A stretch of 64,000 nt of DNA from Dictyostelium discoideum (Eukaryota): NCBI GenBank assembly GCA_000004695.1, contig CM000150.2:4288001-4352000 (forward strand), in the 5' to 3' direction. How positions within the stretch are numbered: position 1 is the stretch's first letter; every line of letters starts with the position of its first letter. The position numbers and the translations under genes are program-made. The notes below the pieces were generated by a model. It was not told the DNA's origin. It saw nothing but the letters and a program-made list of their open reading frames with translations, and made no database searches. Of this stretch, positions 1-12,315 are shown one piece after another.

Positions 1-1
1 G

Positions 2-1651
2 CCAAATTTTTATTCAATTAATGGTGGTGCTAATAATAATAGTGGTGGTATAACAAATGAATTTTTAAAAGATACTTTAAAAAGAACATTATCACAACCA
101 ACATCAGTACAATTAATTTTAAGATATTTAAATACATTATCAGTTAAAGAATTATTACCATTTACAACAACTTTATTAGATAATTTATTACCAATTATTA
201 TTAAAAATAGATCTTTACCTTCAGTTTCTGCTTTAATTTCACCATTTGTTGAAATTTGGGAAAGAGTTTTCCCAATTTCTCAATCATCAATTGCATTAAA
301 AACAATTAATATTTTAACATGTATAAATGATGATAAAAGTACAAATAATAATAAAGATTTAGAAGATTATAATAACAATAATAATAATAATAATGATGAT
401 GTTAAAATGAAAGATAAAGAAAAAGAAGATAAAGAAGAAGAAGAAGAAGAAGAAATATTATTACCAATTTCAAATTATACCTATACAGATATTATTTCAG
501 ATCCATTAGTAATTTTTAGAAGTCATCCAACTGTATTTACATGTCCACCATTATTTAAAATTTTATTACAAATTTTATTCTTTTATATGGTTTCTTCAAA
601 AAAGAATTTACAAAATCAATTACATACTAGTAGTGGTAGTGGTAGTGGCACAACAAGTAATGTTACATTAAATAAACAACAACAAGAAGATGTTTCAACA
701 TTAATTTTAACACAAGAATCAACAATAATTCAAATATTATTAGAGATTTGTTTAATTGATGGAATTGATACAAAAGGTTTAAATAAGATATTAAGAAATA
801 AGAATAAAAAGTTTAAAGAATCATATGATCCTGTTGACATTGAAGAGATTAGATGTCAAATTTGTAGTTTTATTCATCAAATGTTTATTGATAAACCATT
901 GATAATTAAATTGGTACATTTCCAAGGCTATTTATCACAACTATTACCAATTACAGTTACATTGATACCAAGTATGCATATTTGTTTCGAATTTATACCA
1001 GAGCTATTAGCACAACCCTCATTGGAGAAACAAATATTCGCAATTCAATTACTATCTTATTTATCAGAGAAATTCCCAATTCCAAAGAGTTTGAAAATTT
1101 GTAGACAATCTCAAACTAGAATCTCTTTTAATTTAAATAGTAATACATTATCCTATGATGATAGAATTAAATTCTTACATTCAATCCTACCATCAATAAC
1201 TAGAATCACTAAAACCTTTCCTTTATTAGCCGAAGATTTCGTTTCAATCCTTATGGAACAATTACCAAACAAACATAATTATCAACAAAATTTAAAATCT
1301 TTTATATCATCAATTGATTTTAATTTAAATTCAAATTTAAATAATTATACGAATTCAATTTATTTACAAAATAATAAGAATAATAATAACTCAAGTAATA
1401 ATAATAATTCAAATAATCAAAATGATTTATTAAATATTGATATTGATAATAATATTAATAGTAATAATAATAATAATTTAAGAAATATAAACTTTAAAAA
1501 AGTTTCAAATGATGATAAATCATTCTTTAGTAAAGTTTCTAAAAATGAATCTTGGCTTTCCATAAAAGAGAATAATGACCCATTTAATATTCCAATTGAA
1601 CAAGAAATTCATCAAGCAATTCAAATAATAATTAAAAACCTTTCAAAATAA
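2..1651 (+). CDS. 3' part of a protein-coding gene whose 5' end lies outside the window. Hypothetical protein, low-complexity N/E-rich.
   Basis: Frame 2 is open from nt 2 to the TAA at 1649-1651. The track ORF 407..1651 is only the part from the first ATG. The codon usage is typical coding AT-rich usage. No family recognised. Confidence 0.5.
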   Translation, partial: PNFYSINGGANNNSGGITNEFLKDTLKRTLSQPTSVQLILRYLNTLSVKELLPFTTTLLDNLLPIIIKNRSLPSVSALISPFVEIWERVFPISQSSIALKTINILTCINDDKSTNNNKDLEDYNNNNNNNNDDVKMKDKEKEDKEEEEEEEILLPISNYTYTDIISDPLVIFRSHPTVFTCPPLFKILLQILFFYMVSSKKNLQNQLHTSSGSGSGTTSNVTLNKQQQEDVSTLILTQESTIIQILLEICLIDGIDTKGLNKILRNKNKKFKESYDPVDIEEIRCQICSFIHQMFIDKPLIIKLVHFQGYLSQLLPITVTLIPSMHICFEFIPELLAQPSLEKQIFAIQLLSYLSEKFPIPKSLKICRQSQTRISFNLNSNTLSYDDRIKFLHSILPSITRITKTFPLLAEDFVSILMEQLPNKHNYQQNLKSFISSIDFNLNSNLNNYTNSIYLQNNKNNNNSSNNNNSNNQNDLLNIDIDNNINSNNNNNLRNINFKKVSNDDKSFFSKVSKNESWLSIKENNDPFNIPIEQEIHQAIQIIIKNLSK

Positions 1652-1929
1652 TAATAATTTTAGTAAAAAAAAAAAAAAAAATAAAAAAAAAAATAATAAA
1701 AAAAAGATAAAAAATAGATTATTTTGTTTTTATTTTTGTTTTTTTATTTTTAATTTTATTTTTTATTTTCACATTTTTTTAATGTGTTGGCGTTTAATTT
1801 TTTATAGTTTTTTTTTTTTTTTTTTTTTCTTTCCATTTATTTTTTTATTTATTTTTTTATTTATTTTTTTATTTTTTTTTTATTTTTTTTGGGCTGCCAT
1901 CTAGTCTCATAGTTATAATAATAGTAAAA

Positions 1930-2114
1930 ATGGCAGATGATTTAATTGATAATCCTTTAAAATTTATGAGGAGAGAAGAAATAAAGAAAGCGAAAAAAGA
2001 AGCAACAAAGAAAGCTGCAATAATGACAAGAGGACAATCAACAATTACCTCATTCATGTCAAGTGGTAATTCACCACCATCAACTAATAAACAACGTCAG
2101 CCAATATCCAATAT

Positions 2115-2185
<71 letters not shown>

Positions 2186-3399
2186 ATAGTAGATTTAGAA
2201 GTAATGGATCATTAAGATCACCACCTTCCTCACCACCTAATGATTGGAAATCAAAACCTGAACATCCAGCAAAGAGAACCATTATATCAAATGGTAGACC
2301 TCCACCAACATCTTCAATTAGAAAACCTCCATCATCATCATCATCTTTATCAAGTAATACAATACCTCCAAAACCAACTTCATCAACTTTAAAAAAGAAA
2401 TCATCAGCTACAACTACAACTACAACATCAACTACAGCAACAGAGAAATCAAATAAAAGAAAAACAATGGATACAAAATCTGATATAGAATCAGAATCTG
2501 ATTATATTTTACCAAAAGGTTCTAAAAAACTATATAACATTTCATTAGATGATTTATTAAAAGAAAAGATTGAAAAAGGTTCATTTCAAGAAAATATCGA
2601 TACTGATAAAATGTTATTCGTTGATGATCCAACTTTAAAAACAAGTAAAATTAAAGATGATTCAAAAATTGATGTAAATTCATTATTAGGAAAAGGTCAT
2701 GATTTTGATGAGAATGCAATTAATCAATTATCAAATGTAAGAATAATAAATAATAAATAATAATAAATAATAATAAATAATGCTAATAATACTAATAATT
2801 ATTATTTATTTTTATTTTTATTTCTATTTTTAGTTATATACTACACAAGATTTATTTTTAGAGAATTCATATCAAAATTGTATAGATACAGATAAACCAA
2901 TACCAAATGTAATCGATTTGAAAATGACCAAAAGTGATCTTTTAAAATATCCAATTTTACAAGTTATTGGAGATTCTGTTGATTTTGCCCTATTAAATAC
3001 TTTACAATGTATGCTCGAAATATCTTCAATTGAAAATTTACCACCAGTTTTCATTCATTATATATTTTCAAATCGTATGTATATTCATCATTATATATAT
3101 ATATATATATATGTTAATAAATATACTAACATATATTATAAATATATATATAGTTTGTTATGAACAAAATGATTTATTAGTTTCACAATCATTTGAATTA
3201 TTAAAATCAGTTAGTAAAAAAATATTTAATTCAAATCATTTTAATGTTGGTGGTGATAAGATTTCAAATACTTTTTTAACATTTAATGATTATATTAGTG
3301 TTTTTAAAAGTTATAATATTGATATTGATTTCGATACAATAAATTATTTTAATGATACTTCAAAATCATTCTCTTCAATTCCTAAAACAAATAGTAAGT

Positions 3400-3439
<40 letters not shown>

Positions 3440-4995
3440 TTAAAATAATACTCTCACTTACTAACTAATTACTTTTTTTTATTATTATTATTTTTAGTTA
3501 GTAAAAATTTCCCATCAATTAATTTATATAAAATTTTAGAATTATTGAAAATATCAATTGAAAAACAAAGTTTTAACATTTATCAAATTAAAAAATTAAT
3601 TAAAATTATTATAACATTATCATTGGATTCAAAATATTCACCAAAGATACCAATGAATCAAAATAATGTTACACCATCAGATGGAAAGAATGGATCACCA
3701 TCTTTTTTAACATCAATTCAAACTTTATCAAAAGATCAAATTACAAGTGAAACTAAATTAATGAATTGTATAACATTAATGAAATCAATTGTAACTCTTT
3801 TATTAAATCAATATTTTGATGAAAATAATCATTTAAAAGAATTTCAATTAAAAAAGAATAATAATAGCAGCAGCAGCAGCAAGAAGAATTTAGATAACGA
3901 TATTGATAATGATTCTGATATTGATATTGATATGGATAGGGATGATGGTATAGATTATAATTTTCAATTTAATTTAATTGAAACTATGGTAGAATTATTT
4001 GAAGAGATAATTTCAGTTGTTGGTGATAAATTTAAATTTAGCTTATATACAAAGATTGCAAAATTTTTACCAACAAATACAAAATATAGAATTCATGAAC
4101 GTTTCTCTTTATTTTGTATTTTTAAAATATTAGAACATAGTAAATCTTTAAAAAAGAAAGAAAAATCGAAAAAAGATAAAAAGAAATCAAAGAAATCAAA
4201 GAAATCAAAGAAATTATCACCTGAAAATGAAAATGAAAATGAAAATGAAAATGAAAATGAAAATGAAAATGATAGTGATATTGAACAAAAAGAAAAAAAA
4301 AAAGAAAAAGAAAAAGAAAAAGAAAAAGAAAAAGAAAAAGAAAAAGAAAAAGAAATGGAGAAAGGTTTTGATATGATATCAGTTGAAATATCTGCAAAAG
4401 ATATACCATCAGTGGTATCACCAACAACAACTACAACAACATCAACAACATCATCATTATCTCCATCAGACTCACCATTATTAACAACTACAACGTCAAC
4501 TTCTACAACGACATCAACAAATGAAATTATTATTGAATTTTTAAAATCAAATGATATTTTAAGCTCATTAATTAAAATGATTGAACCATATGTTTTAAGA
4601 ATTAAACAAAATGATTGTGTAATTTTAATGGTAAATCTTGTTCAATTAGTCAGTATTGCTATTGATAGTGTTTCTGAAATTAGAAAACATGCTTCAGAGA
4701 TTGGTTCTGTCATTAGAAATTGGAATGGAAATATTAGAGAACCTGAAAATATTGATTTTAATAAATCAAGAGTAATCTATTTTTTTTTTTTTTTTTTTTT
4801 TTTTTAATAGATTAAAGATACATTTTTTAATCAGCCAATTAAAAAATTAATTTACTAACTTTTTTTTTTTTTTATTTTTTTTTTTAATAGATTAAAGATA
4901 CATTAGTTTTAATTCAAAGCAAAATATCTGGTTTAGTTATAAAACCAACTGACACAATTGAATGTTATTTCGATAGAATTAAGAAGATTAATTAA
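1930..4995 (+). CDS. Ser/Thr-rich low-complexity protein, 5 exons: join(1930..2736,2834..3074,3154..3393,3498..4771,4891..4995).
   Basis: ATG at 1930 (MADDLIDNPLKFMRREEIKK...). The donors are GTAAGA 2737, GTATGT 3075, GTAAGT 3394 and GTAATC 4772. The acceptors keep the frame into track ORFs 2918.., 3030.. and 3545... The gene contains (AGT)n poly-Ser, ENENEN and KEKEKE repeats. The terminal exon follows a TACTAAC + polyT + AATAG block. An alternative acceptor at 2861 is also in frame. Confidence 0.5.
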
Positions 4996-5248
4996 TAATA
5001 AAATTTTAATTATAATCACGGGATTAAATTTTATTTTTTTTATTTTATTTTATTTTATTTTATTTTATTTTATTTTATTTTATTTTATTTTGTTTTATTT
5101 TATTTTATTCCAATAAAAAGGAGAAAAAAATAAAATGAAAATTAAAAGGAAGGAAAGAAATAATATTATATTAATATTAATAATATATATAGTAGTAGCC
5201 TAAAATTGTCTATACTAAATTTTTTTTTTTTTTTTATAGTTAAATTTT

Positions 5249-5282
<34 letters not shown>

Positions 5283-5862
5283 TTGATTTCTTTGAAAAAT
5301 AAGCTTATTTTTCAATTTTAAATTATAATGGCCAATAACGCCACATTGACACATATGAATTTTTTGATTTGAATAACGGTTTCGTTTCATTTCAGCAAAA
5401 TAGGAGAATTTTTAAAAAAAAAAAATAAAAAAAATGAGAAAAAATAATTAAAAATTTAATTCTTAAATTTTTCCCCCTGATTTTTCCTATTGTTTTTATA
5501 AAAAAAAAAAAATAAAAAAATAAATTTTTTTATCAATTATTTTCACATACACACCCACTCAACAACAATAATAAAAATAATTATTATTATTTAGCTTTTA
5601 GAAAATAAACAAATAAATAAAAAAAATAATAAACTGATCTGTTTATTTAATTTTTTTTTTTTTTTCAATACCAAGTTTCTGTGAATTTTATATATGAATA
5701 ATTTACAATTAATTTTTAAATTAATTAAATTTTATAAAGACTATAGATAACATCTGTCAATTTTCAAATCAAATAAATAATAAATAAATAAATAAATTAA
5801 TAAATAAATAAATAATAAAAGAAATAAAGAAAACATTTCAATAATAAAAGGAATATTTAAGA

Positions 5863-7737
5863 ATGGATGAAGAAGATTCTTACTCTCAATCTCAAGAATT
5901 AGAAGTTTTAAAATCAATCTATGGTGATGATTTTTTCTCTCAAATGGAATATTATGAAAATGATATTCATAACCATAGTAATGAAAATTATAGTAGTGGT
6001 TGTAGTGGAAGTGAAGATGAAGATTTAGAAGATAAACATTCTCAAAACAAAACTTCAACTACAACTACAACCACTACCACCACAACAACAACTACAACAA
6101 CAACAACAACTACTACTACAACTTCATCATATAATGATGATGATAATAATAATAACTATAATGATTATGAAGATGATGATGATGATGATAGTTTTGATGA
6201 AAAATATAAATATAACGTAAGTATTTTAAATAATAATGATAATAATAATAATATAATAATAATAATAATTATAAAATTAAATAATAATAATTATTATTTT
6301 TATTAACATTTTAAAAAAAAATAGATAAAAATTAAAATTGATTTACCAAATGAATATAAAATTAAAATTAAAGATGAAGAATTAGAATATCCAATAGTAT
6401 GTTTACCATCAATTAATCTTGGATTTATTTATCCAAAAGGATATCCAAGTAAAAGAGCACCAATCATTACATTATCATCATGTTGGTTAACATTGAAACA
6501 AATGAAATCATTATTGGATGAATTAATAAATAATCAATGGGAGTGTGGAGAATTGGTAATTTTTAAATATGTAGATTGGTTAAAAACAAATTTGGTCGAT
6601 TATTTAGGATTAAGAGAATCATTGACATTAGATGGTGAACCAATTGATTTCGAGAGTGAATTATGGGATCAAGGTGTATCATGGGATCATGAAGCTGATT
6701 GGCAATCGATGCAAAATGCAATTCCAATGTTAAGATCATACAATTCACATGAAGGTAAAAGAATATTTGATCAACAGTATCATTGTTGTTTAATTTGTGA
6801 TCATGAAGGTTGTGGTCAAACTGATTTCACTCAAATATCAACATGTGCTCATTTCACTTGTAATGAATGTATAGCTAGTATTATCAATGTAAATTTAAGT
6901 AGTGGTCAATTGGCATCAATTAAATGTCCAACACTTGGTTGTAAACAGTTGTTGGATCTTTCAATCATTAGAAAGTATGTTTCATCCGATCAAGATTACA
7001 ATAGATATCAAGATTATTTAAAACAACAAAGAGGTTTAGTAAAATGTTTAAGATGTCCTGATGGTTGGAGTTTTGTTGATAACTTAACAAGATCAACCTT
7101 TTGTTCAACTTGTTATTACTCATTTTGTTTATTTTGTCGTAATCAATTTCATCCTGGTGTAAATTGTGATGATAACAATGCAAAAAGAGGTGACAATAAT
7201 AATAGAATCGATAGAAATAATCCAACTGGTCTTGGTTTAATTAGAATTTGTCCAACTTGTGGTTGTTTAATTACCAAATCTGAAGGTTGTAATAAAATGA
7301 CTTGTTCAAATTGCTCAACTCGTTTTTGTTGGCTTTGTTTGAAAGCAAACATTGACTATAACCATTTCGGTTTACGTTGTGAACTCTTTCAATTCACCCC
7401 TTCAAGAATTAACCATGCCAATAGAATCGTTAACAGTGGTGTTGTCGATGCTACAACCGTTTGTAGATGTAAACAACTTCTTTATCGTCATTCAGGTTCA
7501 AATACAGTGGTTTGTCGTAATTGTGATGCTACCTATTGCTTCCTTTGTAAAACTAAAATTAAAGGTACAAGACATTTTATGAATAGTGATACTTGTACTC
7601 AAAATGGAAATCCTAAAACTTTTAAACCTGATAAATCTTATGTATTTTATAATTTATCAAATAATGAAACAATTACACCAGAAATTAAATCTAAAAAAGA
7701 TTATTATATTTTTGAAGGTTTAATTATAAAAAGATGA
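5863..7737 (+). CDS. RWD domain + RING-IBR-RING (RBR) E3 ubiquitin ligase, RNF14/ARA54-like. Two exons: join(5863..6216,6325..7737).
   Basis: Exon 1 encodes the start of an RWD domain (LEVLKSIYGDDF...) and ends at a GTAAGT donor at 6217. Exon 2, after the AG at 6323-24, continues the RWD domain (PKGYPSKRAPIITLSS) and then a C3HC4 RING, an IBR and a RING2 (CPTCGCLITKSEGCNKMTCSNCSTRFCWLC). The frame is continuous and intron phase 0. Confidence 0.8.
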
Positions 7738-8111
7738 ATTATAATATTAATCAAATAAAAAATAAAAAAATAAAATAAATATAATAAAAATAAATTAAAT
7801 ATTATATAATATTAAATATTATACAATAAAAAAAAGTGAAAAAAAAATATTTTTTTTTTTTTTTTCTTTATTTAAAAAAAAAAAAAATTAACTTTCGGCT
7901 GTTTTTTTTTTATTTTCAAATAAATCAATCAATTTTTAAAAGAATTTGTGATTTTCACTTTTTTTTTTTTTTTTAACTTTTTTTTTTCTGATTTTTCAGA
8001 AAAAAAAAAAAAAAAGTATTTTTTTTTAATATTTAATCTCCTTTTTTTTTTTTTTTTCATTTTTAAAAACTTTAAAGCAAAAAAAAAAAACCAAATAAAT
8101 AAATAAATAAA

Positions 8112-8573
8112 ATGTCAATTACAGTAGCAAATCAACAAGAATTAAATGAAGCATTAGCAACCTTTAAAAATTCACAAAATGGTCATTGGTTACTTGTAAC
8201 TTATAAAACACCAACTCAATTACAATATAAAGCATCAGGTGAAGGTTTAGAAAGTTTAGCTGCCGAGTTGAACGATAAAGAAATTGCCTACTATTTAATT
8301 AGATTAGTTTATAATTCAAATGATGCCGGTTTCAAAGATGCTGTCATTGGTGAAGCTGCAAATACTAAAGATATCTATGTAAACTGGATTGGTAGTGGTG
8401 TTGGTATCATTGAAAAAGGTAAAAAGAAAACTCATTCTGGTGATGCTCAAGCTTTACTCTCCCCACATCATAGTACTTTAGTTCAAACAAGTAAAGATTT
8501 AAATGGTAACTTTACTGAAGCTATCATTAAAGATAGAAGTGGTCCATTATCTGGTTCTCATATTATTGATTAA
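8112..8573 (+). CDS. ADF-H domain protein, coactosin-like (153 aa).
   Basis: Single-exon ORF. The pattern ...HWLLVTYKTPTQL...AYYLIRL...NWIGSGVGIIEKGKKK... matches the coactosin/ADF-H signature (WIG..V....AK). It is a paralog of the next gene. Confidence 0.6.
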   Translation: MSITVANQQELNEALATFKNSQNGHWLLVTYKTPTQLQYKASGEGLESLAAELNDKEIAYYLIRLVYNSNDAGFKDAVIGEAANTKDIYVNWIGSGVGIIEKGKKKTHSGDAQALLSPHHSTLVQTSKDLNGNFTEAIIKDRSGPLSGSHIID

Positions 8574-9044
8574 AAAAAAACAAAAAAAAACATAAACAAA
8601 AAAAAACAAACAATTATTTATTATAAACTTTTAAAAAAAAAAATTATTTATTATTTTATTTATAAAAATATATTTATATATTAAAAAAAAAAAAACATAA
8701 TTAATAAATATTAAATTAATCACGCCTTTTTTTATTTATTGTAAATTAATTTATTTATTTTTTCTAAACACTTTTTTTTTTTTTTTTTTTTTTTTAAAAT
8801 TTTATTTTATTTTAAAAACGAGTTCATCATTTTCAAATAATATTTTATACCCAACCCAAACTTAATTTTTTTTTTTTTTTTGATTTTAATTTTTTTTTTT
8901 TTAATTTTTGATCAATTTATTTTAAAAAAAAAAAAATCAACTGATTTTTAGACTTTTTTTTTTTTTTTATTTTTTTTATTATTATTTTATTTTATTTTTT
9001 TTTTTACCTTCAAACAAAAATAAATTTAAATTTCATTTATTAAA

Positions 9045-9503
9045 ATGGTCTCATTATCAAATCAACAAGAATTAAATAACGCACTTGAAAAATATAATGG
9101 CTCAGAAAATGGTCATTGGGTACTTTTAACTTATAAAACACCAACTCAATTACAATTTAAAACTTCAGGTGATGGTTTACAATCATTGGGTGCAGTATTA
9201 CAAGATAATGAAGTTGCTTACTATAAAATTAGATTAGAATATAATTCAAATGATGCTGGTTTCAAAGATGGTGTTATTGGTAACAAAGCAAATACAAAAG
9301 ATATTTTTGTAGCTTGGACTGGTCCATCTGTTGGTATCATTGAAAAAGGTAAAAAGAAATCTCATGTTGGTGATGCTAAAGCTTTCTTCCAACCATTCCA
9401 TTCTGAACTTACTCAAACTAGTAAAGATCCAAAAGGTAACTTTACTGAAGCAATCCTTAAAGATAGAAGTGGTCCATTATCTGGTTCTCATATTATTGAT
9501 TAA
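9045..9503 (+). CDS. ADF-H domain protein, coactosin-like paralog (152 aa).
   Basis: About 65-70% aa identity to 8112..8573, with the same length and an identical C-terminal DRSGPLSGSHIID. Tandem duplicate 930 bp downstream. Confidence 0.6.
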   Translation: MVSLSNQQELNNALEKYNGSENGHWVLLTYKTPTQLQFKTSGDGLQSLGAVLQDNEVAYYKIRLEYNSNDAGFKDGVIGNKANTKDIFVAWTGPSVGIIEKGKKKSHVGDAKAFFQPFHSELTQTSKDPKGNFTEAILKDRSGPLSGSHIID

Positions 9504-9731
9504 GAATTAAAAAAAAAAAAAATAATAATATATTATTTATTGAAAAAATAGCGAAAATAAATGTATAAGATAAAAATAAAATAAAATAAAATAAAAAAAT
9601 GTAAAATTTATAATAATTAATTAAAATTATTTTTATTTTTTTTTCATTTTAAGTTATATATATAAAAAAAAAGGAATATTTATAGAAAAAAAAAAAAATA
9701 TGTATTATTTGATTAAATTATTAAAATAATT

Positions 9732-10097
9732 TTAATTTATTAATTTTTTAGTTTCATCATCATTATCTTTGCCATTACTTTCAAGATCAACTTGATTTGG
9801 AATTACAAGAGTAAATAAATGAAGATTTTCTTGGTAATATTCCAAAACTGCTGGATTAAAATCAGCTATAGTTGTTTTGAAATATTTAAATATATTATTT
9901 CTTCTTTTTCTTTCAAAATTAGAAATTGTACCATCTGGATAATTCTTTTCTACAAATTTAGTAACTGCTTGGTTAATAGTTTCGAGAGTACAGTATTTTA
10001 ATAGCTTCATTCTTTCCAATGAATTTGCAGAATTTTTTGATTCAACAAATTTAGTCAATGTTAACTCTTGATAATATTCAAAAGTGTTATTATACAT
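9732..10097 (-). CDS. Hypothetical small protein (121 aa).
   Basis: ATG-initiated ORF on the minus strand (MYNNTFEYYQELTLTKF...). Composition is protein-like. No family recognised. An upstream exon is possible. Confidence 0.35.
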   Translation of the reverse strand: MYNNTFEYYQELTLTKFVESKNSANSLERMKLLKYCTLETINQAVTKFVEKNYPDGTISNFERKRRNNIFKYFKTTIADFNPAVLEYYQENLHLFTLVIPNQVDLESNGKDNDDETKKLIN

Positions 10098-10261
10098 TTC
10101 ATATTTCAGATCCTTGAAAATGAATAAAAATTTTATTACCGCAAATAAAATAAACTTTTTGATTAATGTTTTTTATAAAATAAAATAAAATTAAAAAAAA
10201 AAAGAAAAAAATGATATTGAAAATAAAAAAAAAAAATAATTTACAAAATCACTTTCAACTA

Positions 10262-10278
10262 TGGGAATCGAACCGACG
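10262..10278 (-). promoter_or_regulatory. ex-B box (extra B-box, GGTTCGATTCCCA) downstream of tRNA-Val.
   Basis: The minus-strand sequence GGTTCGATTCCCATAG lies about 35 nt 3' of the tRNA. In Dictyostelium, tRNA genes characteristically carry a duplicated B-box downstream. Confidence 0.5.
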
Positions 10279-10313
10279 ATTCTAATCATATGATTTTTAA
10301 AATCGATAGTTTG

Positions 10314-10387
10314 TATTCAGAGCGGGAATCGAACCCACGACCTAATCCGTGTTAAGGATTCGTGATAACCGACTACACCATCCGAAC
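10314..10387 (-). tRNA. tRNA-Val (anticodon AAC).
   Basis: The reverse complement GTTCGGATGGTGTAGTCGGTTATCACGAATCCTTAACACGGATTAGGTCGTGGGTTCGATTCCCGCTCTGAATA folds as a cloverleaf. It has a D-arm GTGTAGTCGGTTATCAC, the anticodon loop CTTAACAC, and a T-arm GTGGG-TTCGATT-CCCGC. It aligns base-for-base with the metazoan tRNA-Val-AAC layout. It is identical to the copies at 13392 and 50908. Confidence 0.85.
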
Positions 10388-10884
10388 AAATCGTTGAAAT
10401 TCAAAAAAAATAGCTTTTCCAATATTTTAATATTTTTTCCCCATAAATAATAATTCTAATAATAATAAAATAAAAAAAATAAATATAATTCAAAAAAAAA
10501 ACCATATTTTAATATTGCTTTCTTACAAAGAAATTTTGAATCATAAAATTATTTATATTTAAAATAATTATAAATTAAAATTAATTTTAATCAACCCACT
10601 TTTATTAATATAATTTATAATTAAAATAAAAAATTATCATACAAAAAACTCTTAAATTTAATATTTTAAGTGTGATACTAAGGTGACATAAAATAATGAA
10701 AGGTTAAATAATTTAATTAATTTTAAATTAATTTTTCAAATCAAAATAATCTCAATTTATATTGATATTATGATAATATTTTCTGAAAACATTATTAACA
10801 TGATTTTCAAAAAAAAAATTTTTAATCTATTTTTAAAAAGATATATAAATTTCCAAAAAAAATTTTTTTTTAAAACAATTCATG

Positions 10885-10919
<35 letters not shown>

Positions 10920-11010
10920 TTTCAAAATAAAAAATAGTTTGGTTATTTATTTTATTTTCTTAAAATTAATTAATAAAAAAACAAAAATAATAAAATATAA
11001 TTTAAGTAAA

Positions 11011-11651
11011 ATGTCAGCCTTTATATATAATAACAGTAATAATAATAATTCGATGCGTCTTTGTGTTATGGGTGATGGTGGTGTTGGTAAAACATCGATT
11101 ACAATCCAATTTATTTCAAACCATTTTGTAAATTGTTATGATCCAACAATTGAAGATTTATATAGAAAACAATGCCTAATTGATGATCAAGTTTATATGT
11201 TAGATATACTTGATACAGCCGGTCAAGATGAATTAAATGCAATTAGAAACCATTGGATAAAATCATGTGAAGGTTTCATATTAGTTTATTCGGTTACATC
11301 AAGATCATCATTTGACCAAATTCAATCATTTTTAGATCAAATTAAATTTTTAAAAAGTGAAAAAGTTCCAATTATAATGATTGCCAATAAATCAGATTTA
11401 GATGATGAAAGACAAGTAACATATCAAGAAGGTGAAAATTTTGCCAATCGATTTGGTATGTCATTCATGGAAGTTTCTGCTAAATATAAATTAAACATTG
11501 ATGAAGTTTTTAATCAAATAGCCCAACATTGTGTGAAAAGAAGATGTGATCACATATATATTAATAAATCAATAAGGAATAAGAATTCAATATTTAAAAA
11601 ATTTAATCAAAAATTAAATAATACATTTCATTCTATTTGTAAAATGATATA

Positions 11652-11652
<1 letters not shown>
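11011..11652 (+). CDS. Ras-family small GTPase (213 aa) with a CKMI CAAX box, resembling the Dictyostelium rasU-rasZ subfamily.
   Basis: It has a G1 motif GDGGVGKT, a switch/G3 motif DTAGQDE, NKSDL and SAK motifs, and a C-terminal CKMI. The ATG is at 11011. The track ORF starts earlier only because poly-T reads as Phe. Confidence 0.8.
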
Positions 11653-11700
<48 letters not shown>

Positions 11701-12315
11701 GTAAATAAAGTTTAATGTTCTTTCAATTTGTTATTGATAGAATTTGTATATATCTTAAAAAATATTATTTCTTTTAAAAAAAAAAAATTAAAATAAAAAC
11801 CATCAAATATTTTTTTTTTTTATAAATTATAAGGAGGGGATATCCTAGATATAAAAACCAAAAATAAAAAAAAAGAGGTGACAATCTCCGCTTAAAATTA
11901 CTTTTCACCACTTTAATTTTTATATCTGGCTAACCTTAATAAATTTTAATTTTTCTTTATAATATAAACCAAAATAAAAAACAAAAAAATAAAAAGATAT
12001 ATTAAAAATAAGATGTTACTTAGTTTCAGAAATATTTTTTTAAAAATTGTTTTCTATTTTTTTATTTGAAATTTAATATTATAATTTATTTTAGCGAAAT
12101 CTATTTAAAGATTTTTTTTTTTTTTTTTTTTTTCAAAAAAAAAAATTCAGAGAAATTTTTTTTTTATTTTTTTTATTTTCTTTGACAAAAAAAAAATATA
12201 TAAAAAGAAAAAAATGATTTTTCCTATCATTCAATTTAAAAATAAACAAATAATTAATATATATAATTTGTAAATAAATATAAATAAATAAATAAATAAA
12301 TATAAAAAATTAAAA

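Noticed and set aside
1869-2282. Minus-strand ORFs 1869..2057 and 2097..2282, and 4122..4430.
   Set aside because: Antisense of the (AGT)n poly-Ser and the ENEN/KEKE repeats of the plus-strand gene. No independent support.
5320-5420. Slightly GC-richer patch (GGCCAATAACGCCACATTGACACATATGAATTTTTTGATTTGAATAACGG), considered as a possible snoRNA or ncRNA.
   Set aside because: No convincing C/D or H/ACA boxes or terminal stem. Too weak to call.
10258-10310. Half-tRNA-like fragments (GGTTCGATTCCCATAGTTG and similar) next to each tRNA-Val, which could be taken for tRNA pseudogenes.
   Set aside because: They contain only a B-box/T-arm-like motif with no acceptor or anticodon arms. Their position about 35-40 nt 3' of each tRNA fits the Dictyostelium ex-B box instead.
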